7,645 nucleotides of DNA from Oopsacas minuta (lineage: Eukaryota; Animalia; Porifera): the NCBI GenBank assembly GCA_024704765.1, contig JAKMXF010000146.1, positions 1-7,645 on the forward strand, written 5' to 3'. The notes beneath the pieces are model-generated. The model was given only the letters and a program-made list of their open reading frames with translations, was not told the DNA's origin and made no database searches. The position numbers and the translations under genes are program-made. This document shows positions 1-7,645 of this stretch, piece after piece. Numbering within the stretch: the first letter of the stretch is position 1; each line of letters starts with the position of its first letter.

Positions 1-227
1 TACTATGCTATTTACAACACTATTATTGTAATATATTTGGCTTAAATGAAGTTGCAATTTTCTTCACAGACTTTGGCTTATAAGCTAGAAATGCTGTAAC
101 TTTTTAGTTTCTTGACCGATTTTAGAAATCTCAGGCTCAATCTTCATCTCTCAACATGCTCTATAACGGCTCATATAGCGATTTTACCATCTTGCAAAAT
201 ATTGGAGGTTGCAACATTCTATAATTG

Positions 228-460
228 TACCAACAAATCTAGACAATACACAGTTGACAATATCCGAATACATTATTTTGGAATCAGCGTGATCGATTGC
301 AATAATATAACCTTTTAAAACAAGTTTATGGGACTAGTTTAAAATTTCTTTAAAAGAAATACCTAACAAAAATATATAATCATATATGTAGGTGACAATA
401 TCATATTTGGAATCACCATACGCGATTACCGAATTTAAACGCTGAAAGCAAGTTTTTGAG
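228..460 (+). repeat. Degenerate tandem duplication, period ~130-138 bp (two copies, possible third remnant near 490-520)
   Basis: Colinear anchors recur: TACC(T)AACAAA at 228 and 360, TGACAATATC at 255 and 393, TTTGGAATCA at 277 and 406, CAAGTTT(A/T)TG(G/A)GA at 321 and 448. Aligned by eye. Confidence 0.55.
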
Positions 461-752
461 ATTATGAGAAATCTGTTCACATTACACACCCAAACAATAA
501 CAAATATTGACAATACATTCACCTCCTGAAACTGTTGGGAACGTTACCGAATACCAGGATAATAAGAATGTGCCGATCCCTGACTCAGATGCCACCTCAT
601 CTATTCAAAATTCTCTTTTCTTCTTCACCTCTACCGCTCCAGGAAACACTACTTCACAAGAAATATGCTCCAAAACTCAAAAACGTTAGAAATTCGAGGA
701 ATAAGTTTCCCAAATCGTGGAGAAGAAAATGTGACAAAACGCAAATCAGGAG

Positions 753-900
753 CAAAATCCCAAGGTTTAGGTTACAAAATCGCAAGATTGAGGCCCCAAA
801 TTGCTAGATTGAGGGCCAAATTTGCAAGATTGAGGCGCAAAATCCCAAGCATAATGTTCAAAATAGGACACTTGGCGATCAAAATCACCTGATTGTAGAG
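753..900 (+). repeat. 21-bp minisatellite, about 7 units (first is 22 bp), core of three similar units at 775-837
   Basis: Units start at 753, 775, 796, 817, 838, 859 and 880, each beginning CAAAAT or a close variant. Core units CAAAATCGCAAGATTGAGGCC / CCAAATTGCTAGATTGAGGGC / CAAATTTGCAAGATTGAGGCG (unit 775 matches the other two at 17/21 and 18/21; AGATTGAGG invariant). Confidence 0.9.
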
Positions 901-1350
901 ATCCGCTCTACGTTATCCTTGCTTTAAATACAAATGAGCTCCTTCAAGAAGATTTTTGAGAAGCATACTAGCGAACAAGGTGGTCTAAGCACGAAATTGA
1001 GTCTAATGTGTATAATGTATATTGTTTAGCGTAGTCTTTTGAGAATACATATTTACTGATTCATTTCTATTGAACACTTAGTGGTTTCTGATAATTCTAA
1101 CCATGCACGAGCAACAATTTTGAATATAGTCCTTCCGTTTATTGTAGGTTTTAACTGCCTACATCATCACCTGTGGTTGCACCACATGTAGGTTGATGAC
1201 TAGAACCATTACCTAGCTTTGATCGAAGCAATAGCGTAAGACTTCACTGAAATATCAAATCTATATGTATAAAATGGAGGGCGGTATCCAAAGTCAAATT
1301 TATGCCAACAACCTAGAGAAATATCATGTTTACAAATACAATAAATGTTG

Positions 1351-1414
1351 TTAACCTCTTTGGTGTACAATTAACCCTTTTCGTATAAAATTAACCTCTT
1401 TCGTGTGCAATTAA
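1351..1414 (+). repeat. 20-bp tandem repeat, three copies plus a terminal TTAA
   Basis: TTAACCTCTTTGGTGTACAA / TTAACCCTTTTCGTATAAAA / TTAACCTCTTTCGTGTGCAA / TTAA. Units 1 and 3 are 18/20 identical; units 2 and 3 are 15/20. Confidence 0.9.
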
Positions 1415-1464
1415 AAGCTAAATAAAGGACAAAATATAAAAGTTATACTAACATATATTAATAG

Positions 1465-1722
1465 CAGTCAAACTCTATAACGGCCACCGAATGGAATTAC
1501 CAAAATTGCCCTTTCGTACAGGTAGCCCGTGACAAATGAAATATCACGCCCTTTTTATGCATAAATGGCATACCTCACTCCTGTTTAGATGGAATCTCAG
1601 GACTTGGCGAGGCTTCAGGTTGGCATCGAATTTTCTAGAACAAAAGTATTCAGCCACTACTAAAATTTACACACAAATAGTCTAATCTTGTCTATTCTTA
1701 AATGGCCAATAGAGTAAAACTG
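1465..1722. mobile_element. Putative degenerate Tc1/pogo-like MITE (~258 bp)
   Basis: Left end CAGTCAAACTCTATAACGGCCA (1465-1486) versus reverse complement of 1703-1722, CAGTTTTACTCTATTGGCCA. CAGT termini are typical of Tc1/pogo TIRs, but TA target duplications are not intact and the match needs a gap. Confidence 0.3.
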
Positions 1723-1879
1723 TGAGGTATAGTCAGTGTATTAGCTACATCTTTTGGGGCCCCCGGCGAAATTAGGTTGGATCACCTCGTGAACAAAAAA
1801 ATATTTGCAAATAATGAATAATCATATTCTCTTCAGTTGTTAGCTATGGTGAAGTGTAAATTGTAATTTAAAGGAGTTA

Positions 1880-1986
1880 TGGTATACCCTCGCTAATTCA
1901 ATAAATGTTGATCCAAATTTTCTTTGATGTCTTTATCGGATAAGCGAGAGTTCGAATTAACTATGTTGATTAACAAGGGTTTACTG
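1880..1986. mobile_element. Putative pogo/Tigger-like MITE (~107 bp) with TA target-site duplication
   Basis: The right end reverse-complements to TA-CAGTAAACCCTTGTTAAT and the left end reads TA-TGGTATACCCTCGCTAAT (15/20 including TA). TA is present at 1878-1879 and 1987-1988. An internal inverted copy of the CTCGCT(A/T)AT motif lies at about 1938-1952. Confidence 0.45.
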
Positions 1987-3736
1987 TAGCATGAATTAAA
2001 CAAGTGCACGCCTTAATCAATAAAAAGGTATTTTGTACAGTAGATGAGACGTACCCATTGAAAGAATTTTCATGGATCATTTCGAAATAAAGTTAAGGGA
2101 TAACTAGGACCTTTCAATGGTGGAACGACCGCGATAGCGGTGTCACGGTAGTTAGTTATTGCACTAGTAGGAGTAACGGGAATACCATAACTGTGCAACG
2201 CTCATCGTAGAAATATGGTCTTTGATATGAACTCATTGATTAAATTGATTATAATAATTTTGGGTACTATTTTAATCATATGGAATGCAATCTTCCACTT
2301 TTATCAAAAAAAGGATTGGACAAATTTGTCTGAAATATCTTGAGGTGCAGAATAATTAAATCTCTCAAATCATTAGGTATTAGATAATCATGGATTTCAA
2401 TGAAATTTGTGACCGCAGAAACATGCCCATTATCCCACTTTGGAAACAATTAGGCAAATATATTCTATCTAAAAAATGAAAATTGTATTTATTGATATAT
2501 ATATACTGGTAAAAACTGTAAACATGTCCACAGGGTCCTGTATATAACTATTCAACAACAAAACAGAGCCCGCACATCTATAGGCCTACAAAATACCCTA
2601 ACCAACATCAAATCCAAATACAAAGACACTAGACCTTTCTATAGAGTGATGTAGATTTTGCATAATCGATATGAAAAATCGACATAACATAATACTATAT
2701 ACCAAAAGTGCTTCAATTGCAGCTTTTATGGCTTAATTAGCTTGTGAAGTATTCATGTGTGGTTGGTTAAAGAAATTATTCCAATTGTTTCCTTGCTCCC
2801 CAATGTTTCCGATTGGTTCAATAATATCTAACACCTCAAGTTTCAATTGTGTGACTCCAAAATAGTTATGAAATAAAATCTCAATGTTATTTATGTATTA
2901 AATAATCAATGTGCATGCGTTAAAAGCATAGGCGCACACTTTTGTTTATTCTGAATGCTCACCATTTTGCCCAAAGAAATTTACAATCAGTTAAAAATGG
3001 GTAATTTAAACAATTTCTTACTTATTTATTGGTAAAATTTGTATATTTAATAGGAATATAACTTTCCACAACCACACTAGAAAGACTCCGCAACCCCCAG
3101 GTTAAAAACTCGGAATTATAGGAAAATTCTGGTTCAAACAGGTCCTGCAATAAGGGAAACCTGGCGGTAGGGTAGTGCAGCACATTTAACAAGTCTGTAT
3201 GATTATATTCCCTTAGAATATATTATATACCTGATGCTCAAAGCACTAGGAAACAAGCGATATTATGACATGGATAACTATAATCAGGGAAATTCATACT
3301 TTAAATTTCGTAGAGGGAAATCGAAACGCTATTCTACTGTTCCCTAGGAATCTTAGCACATTCGCAACGGGGGCGAAATTTGGAACTTCCCAAAATAGTG
3401 TCCTCCTAAACATATGTTTCCAATAATCAAATATAGTTCAATTGGATAGATTGTTATTGTATTTGATTTCTCTACTTAGTTTTATTTCATTTGAGCCTAT
3501 TTTAGAGGTTTTACGACTGTGACCCATCGGTGCGTCACTTGTAAGGTCGAAATCTCATTGGTGTCCCACCCGTGTATCACACATTTCCATTAAATAACCT
3601 TTATTTTAATATCGTTTTACCAAAAGAATTACTATAAGTGTTTTTGACACTTTATCCTAGTGCTCATCTTGTATTTGTGCAGTTTCAGTTCGTTTTTTTG
3701 ATACTTAATTTGTAAAATTTACGCTCTTAAATAAAT

Positions 3737-3779
3737 CATGGTGTTCAATAAGTTTTGCGGGTCATGTCATTGCTCAGGA
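3737..3779 (+). repeat. Left terminal inverted repeat of the mariner element
   Basis: CATGGTGTTCAATAAGTTTTGCGGGTCATGTCATTGCTCAGGA matches the reverse complement of 5017-5059 at 32/43 positions with no gaps; the core GTTCAATAAGT is exact. Confidence 0.8.
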
Positions 3780-3925
3780 ATTAGCCAGGTAATATATCTA
3801 ACTTTCATATATTATTAGCCACATATAGTTAAACTCCATATACTGAAAGTTTCAAGCTTATTCAATACAAATTGTGATTCTCTGAGATAATTGGGCGTAG
3901 TAAATTCATACCTACTGTTCAATTT

Positions 3926-4982
3926 ATGGCTTCAAGGGATGATAACTTCCACCTCAAATGGTGAGCTTACATAGTTTCGCACAAAACTCAAGATCGAGCC
4001 CGTACAGATCTTCAGCGACTTACAGGAGATATTGTGTGTGGATTGCCCTTCCAGATACTATAGAGCGATGGGCTGCCCGTTTTAGATCTGGTGATGCTGA
4101 TGTCACAGATTGCCTCGATCTGGAAGACCGGTATCTGCCACCACTTCAGAGAATATCACACTGATTGAAAGCTTGGTTATGGAAGACAAGTGCATTATTG
4201 TCAATCAGTTATAACAAAGTATGGAGATTTCATCGCTAACTATTCATACAATTCTGATGGCTGAGCTTGGCTACCGATCGATTTGTGGGAAATGGGTCCC
4301 GCATAAGCTCAGTGAGAATCAAAGGTTGGCACGACAGAATATTGCCAAGAAACTCTTGGAAACTTATGAGAACTGCGATTCTAGACGCCTAACAGAGAGT
4401 ATTACTGGTACCTAGACGTGGGTGTACTATTCAACACCATATAGCAAGTGTAATAAGCGATCATGGGTGAGGGGCGACGAACTTCCGGAAAATTCCTAGG
4501 CCACACTTCAGAAAACCTAGGATTATCTATACCATCTTCTTCAATAGCTATGAAATTGTCTTGCAATTACCTTGTGATAGTGGCAAAGCTGTTACTGCGC
4601 ATTCTTTATAGAGCAAGGCTGTCAAACTTCATAAAAATATAGAAATACCTCCCGAAAACCGGAACAAGAGGAATGAAGATTTTGATTGATAACCGCCAGT
4701 TCTCATACAGCTAAGCTAACCAAAATTTCTTGGATGTCGAAGGGTTAGAATTACTTTCCCATCCACTATACTCTCCAGACGTAGCTTCTTGTAATTTTTG
4801 ACTGTTCCCCAAGCATAAAATCTACCTTCAAGGCAAAGATTTTAACACATTACAAACACTCAGAACGAGCATGTAGCAGTACTTCAAATCCATTCCCCGA
4901 AGAAGAGTGCAGAAATCTGTTTTACAATTGGGTGGAAAGGTTAAAAATTTGTGTCTTTGTAGGAGGGGAATACTTTGAATAA
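3926..4982 (+). pseudogene. Mariner transposase pseudogene (HTH + DD34D catalytic domain), multiple frameshifts and stops
   Basis: Reconstructed across frames: MASRDD..AYI-FRTKLKIEPVQIFSDLQEIL..TIERWAARFRSG..(L)PRSGRP (HTH region); WVPHKL at 4293-4310; ITGT*TWVYY at 4401-4430 (degenerate ITGDETW); LIDNASSH with D2 at 4688-4690; HPLYSPDVASCNF at 4760-4798; GEYFE* ending at 4982. After correcting indels, 34 residues separate D2 from the D3 position (now AAT, Asn, 4793-4795). Supplied ORFs 3958..4164 and 4221..4415 are fragments of this gene. Confidence 0.95.
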
Positions 4983-5016
4983 ATAATGGAGTGAATTAGT
5001 GTGTATAGTGTTTGTA

Positions 5017-5059
5017 TCCTGTTCTATGATATCACTCGCAGGACTTATTGAACGCCTAG
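5017..5059 (-). repeat. Right terminal inverted repeat of the mariner element
   Basis: TCCTGTTCTATGATATCACTCGCAGGACTTATTGAACGCCTAG followed by TA; inverted match to 3737-3779. Confidence 0.85.
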
Positions 5060-5113
5060 TATACCTATAATCTGCCAATTTATCTTAGTTTTATGCAATT
5101 ATTTTATCATAAT

Positions 5114-5363
5114 CAGGGTTCTATTTACTGGGGGGGTGGGGGGGAAGCTTCTTCCCCAAACTCTTCAACTTCCCACCCAAAAATCTCATAAAATGTACTA
5201 TTAATCGCAATATATTATTCAATGGATAAATTATTAGAATATCAATACATTGTGAAAATACTATTTGAAGTGTAAATAAATAATATTTGGGAAACCTGAA
5301 TCACATTTCATACAATTTGCAACTGCGAAATAATAACATATGTTTGAAAGTACAGCTTCCCAC
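5114..5363. mobile_element. Possible left portion of a non-autonomous DNA transposon (CAGGG-initiated, hAT-like), other end not visible
   Basis: Starts CAGGGTTCTATTTACTG, followed by a G-tract and repeated CTT(C)CCC motifs (5148-5157, 5169-5178, 5356-5363). CAGGG/CAGTG starts are common in hAT-type TIRs. No second TIR or TSD can be confirmed because the sequence runs into the gap. Confidence 0.3.
5130..5144 (+). other. G7-T-G7 tract, potential G-quadruplex
   Basis: GGGGGGGTGGGGGGG parses as G3-G-G3-T-G3-G-G3, four G3 runs with 1-nt loops. Homopolymer length may be affected by sequencing error. Confidence 0.5.
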
Positions 5364-5430
5364 NNNNNNNNNNNNNNNNNNNNNNNNNNNNNNNNNNNNN
5401 NNNNNNNNNNNNNNNNNNNNNNNNNNNNNN
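5364..5430. other. Assembly gap (67 N)
   Basis: Run of N characters. Confidence 1.
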
Positions 5431-5622
5431 CCAATGTGTAAGTAATATGTATTATGTATTAATCAATCTCTTAAATCCCCAAGTGAATAGACATATTTAG
5501 TAAACAACCAATCTGCAATAAAGATATTCAGTTAATTAACTACATTTAGTAACTACTTGAACTTTAAGTGGAGACGGTTGTAAGTTCTATTCCTCGGGTA
5601 TCACATCTTCTAATAATCTCCA
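5431..5622 (-). repeat. Left arm of a long inverted repeat (at least 192 bp; outer end hidden in the gap)
   Basis: Base-by-base comparison with the reverse complement of 7441-7632 gives 187/192 identity with no indels. Confidence 0.97.
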
Positions 5623-6897
5623 TCGATTCTTTCTCATTTGATTAATGTAAATCCCATTATACACAATGCAACTATATTATACCATGTTTCATGTGTGTAT
5701 TGATCGTTGCATGCAAAAATGTCGCACATAAATATAGTTGGATACAACAAAGTTGCATGTGTAGGGGGGTTTAAACTAAGCTTTCAATGAAACTTTAGAA
5801 ATTAATTAAAAATCACACTATAACACAGGACACCTTTTACACTTGCATGAAACTTCTATTGCAACGGATTTTCCTGAAACTTTATTTCATGGTATGCTTA
5901 TTTTTTGGTTGTTTGCCCAGAATTGATTGAGGAACTTGTGAGAACTAATGACTTTATTTTGGATGGAGTTGTTGGATACTATATCTAGTAACTTTTTGAA
6001 TAACTAATGCAAGAGTTTCTTTGTGAATCAATTTAAATTGTATTAGCAAAATAAAGTATTGGGTTCACTGACTAAGGCCGAAAATTCGAGCAAAAATCAA
6101 GTATTAAGGTAACTGGAGTATGGCCAAAAATGATTCATTACTCCAGTAACAAGCAGCCTTAAAACAAAGTCCGTTAAAGCCTCTGCGTCTCCCAATTCAG
6201 GGGGCTGCTTTGAACTGGACCCCCTGAACTGTAGGACAAGGAGGATTTCACGTACTTGGTTATAAGGCTGTTTGCGATCAGAGTAGTGAACAATTTTCGG
6301 ACTTGGTCATGTTTCCCAAATAAAAAGCAATACAAAAGGTTAAATTCAATATTATAAAGCATAGGTAAGACAATGAACATACATGAATGAGTGAATATAC
6401 CCTTCAGTGAATTTTAATAAATAAAAATGAACCGCTTATAGCATATTCTAAGTAATCCTTTACAAGTTAGAGATGGTTATGTTCCTTGCGTGTTGGAACA
6501 AACTCATAACATCATAAAACAATAAATTATAATGGGCTATTGATGAATTATATTGTTCATCATGCGAATTATTTGCATTTTGTATAATTTTAAACACTTT
6601 TAAATGGATTGTGTACACTTTTTCTCGCATGTTAATATAGTATGGCTGTTTAATGATTGAAAAAGTAACAATTGATTTTCTATCTGAGTGATAAAATGTA
6701 AATCAATAGTGGATCATCTTTAAGTAGATAGATCTAAGCAATCCCTATAAATGCAAAGAATTTATTTTGATATCAAAAATACAACGCATATCATTTCAAA
6801 AAGTTACATTTTTCACGATTTTCGCACTTTTCATGGTTACTCCCGTATTTAGACCTGTAGTGATGCCTACATTTTTCCGTTCCTCGATGAGATTGGA

Positions 6898-7499
6898 TTG
6901 AAGGAATTATTCTTAAGGATAACCATTAATCGTGACAATTGTATCGATTGGTTGAGGGTTCACGGATTATTAGCAAGAGGTATGAGATGTAAATGCGGGG
7001 CAAACATGTCGGAAGGCGTGTTTTCTAAGGTACACGAAGGGAGAGGCTGGAGATGTCCTGAAAAGAGTTGCAAGAAATTTGCATCCCTACTAGTAGGATC
7101 ATTCTTTGGGGGATCCAATCTTCTTCTTACTCGGTTGGTGGATTTTTGTATTTTTGGGCAAAAAGACTACAAAGTACACATTTCTTAAACCTAAATTTTA
7201 AGTGGTCTCCAAAAACCATCACGGATTGGAAAAATTTCTTGAGGGATATGTGTGGAGAAGTATCTCTCTAATCCCAAACCAATAGGAGGGCATGGGCACA
7301 TCGTTGAGATCGATGAAAACAAGTTTGGGATAATAAAGTACCATCGAGGAAGGCAAATATCAGGAAATGGGTGTTTGGCGTGGTTGATAGAGTGATCAAA
7401 GAAGCTTTCATGGTCACAGTTGAAGATAGATCAGCTTCGCTGGAGATTATTAGAAGATATAATACCAGAGGGATAGAACTTACAACCGTCTCCACTTAA
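6898..7499 (+). pseudogene. Merlin / ISXO2-like (IS1595-family, DDE_Tnp_IS1595-type) transposase pseudogene, frameshifted and 3'-truncated
   Basis: Joined frames read CIDWLRVHGLL-ARGMRCKCG..WRCPEKSC (zinc ribbon), GSFFGGSNL, F-LYFWA, KTITDWKNFLRDMC, IGGHGHIVEIDENKFG..KYHRGR (first catalytic D at 7312-7314), WVFGVVDR..F..V.DRSA. Frameshifts lie near 7143, 7266 and 7366. The second Asp (SDxW) and catalytic Glu (N.IE) motifs are absent. Clear homology ends near 7436-7472; the last frame stops at 7499. A possible original start is ATG 6863 or 6887 in another frame. Confidence 0.92.
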
Positions 7500-7632
7500 A
7501 GTTCAAGTAGTTACTAAATGTAGTTAATTAACTGAATATCTTTATTGCAGATTGGTTGTTTACTAAATATGTCTATTCACTTGGAGATTTAAGAGATTGA
7601 TTAATACATAATACATATTACTTACACATTGG
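7441..7632 (+). repeat. Right arm of the long inverted repeat
   Basis: Inverted copy of 5431-5622; mismatches at 7459, 7461, 7467, 7472 and 7585. Confidence 0.97.
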
Positions 7633-7645
7633 AATGCTAATTAGG

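Larger units (their letters stand above)
3737..5059 (+). mobile_element. Full-length, decayed mariner (Tc1/mariner superfamily, DD34D) DNA transposon, 1323 bp
   Basis: Terminal inverted repeats at 3737-3779 and 5017-5059 flank a mariner transposase pseudogene. TA follows the right end (5060-5061); the left TA is not preserved. Size is typical of mariner (~1.3 kb). Confidence 0.9.

Noticed and set aside
85-170. Stretch resembling internal motifs of non-autonomous transposons (GCTGTAACTTTT...GACCGATTTT)
   Set aside because: No terminal repeat or TSD can be identified, so family resemblance is only an impression.
112-892. Supplied ORFs 112..318, 334..522, 507..689, 535..807 and 665..892 as functional CDSs
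   Set aside because: They are short, overlapping and have no recognisable domain. Openness is partly explained by the repeat arrays. Only the repeat-related signals are kept as findings.
1143-1199. Nested short inverted repeats (TGTGGT/ACCACA, CCTACAT/ATGTAGG, TCATCA/TGATGA)
   Set aside because: Stems are only 6-7 bp, partly mutually exclusive, and expected by chance.
2055-2141. Perfect 10-bp inverted repeat CCATTGAAAG/CTTTCAATGG with a 46-bp spacer, plus a small ACCGC-GATA-GCGGT hairpin
   Set aside because: The match does not extend, there is no TSD, and about one such match is expected in an AT-rich window of this size.
2490-2900. Protein-looking minus-strand frame (FGVTQLKLEVLDIIEPIG...)
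   Set aside because: It is interrupted by stops, has no recognisable family motif, and its stop-free lengths are within chance.
3022-3222. 66-codon stop-free minus-strand frame (YILREYNHTDLLNVLHYPTARFPLLQDLFEPEF...), with a second ~47-codon frame upstream
   Set aside because: There is no start codon or recognisable homology, and several frames of this length are expected by chance across six frames. A BLASTx hit would reverse this.
5788-5882. Three copies of TGAAACTT within 95 bp
   Set aside because: A short AT-rich 8-mer with irregular spacing; no element can be assigned.
6174-6380. Supplied minus-strand ORF (68 aa) as a cargo gene
   Set aside because: No recognisable domain; the N-terminal half is low-complexity AT-rich translation.
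7268-7495. Supplied minus-strand ORF (75 aa)
   Set aside because: It is an antisense shadow of the Merlin transposase frame.
7500-7600. Possible intron (acceptor-like TTTATTGCAG near 7541-7550) restoring the Merlin C-terminus
   Set aside because: The downstream reading DWLFTKY...* does not match the SDxWxxY, H.TVNH or N.IE motifs, and the sequence is part of the inverted repeat.
1-7645. CRISPR array, tRNA, rRNA or prokaryotic operon
   Set aside because: The tandem repeats have no unique spacers, no RNA-gene structure was recognised, and there are no long ORFs.

Overview
AT-rich eukaryotic (invertebrate-like, taxon not determinable) genomic window with no recognisable intact host gene and no prokaryotic features. 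It is mostly layered DNA-transposon debris. (1) A complete but decayed DD34D mariner element (3737-5059) retains both TIRs. (2) A frameshifted, 3'-truncated Merlin/ISXO2 (IS1595-family) transposase lies at about 6898-7470. (3) A young 192-bp inverted repeat pair (5431-5622 and 7441-7632, 187/192 identical) brackets about 1.8 kb, and its inner edge coincides with the point where the Merlin transposase breaks off. (4) There are small putative pogo/Tc1-like MITEs and the left end of a CAGGG-initiated element carrying G7-T-G7 next to a 67-N assembly gap. (5) The first 1.4 kb holds a degenerate ~130-bp duplication, a 21-bp (heptad-encoding) minisatellite and a TTAA-delimited 20-bp triplet. Most short ORFs in the supplied track are transposase fragments or chance frames. 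I see no convincing novel multi-gene system; the best leads are the inverted-repeat/Merlin composite and the heptad repeat.
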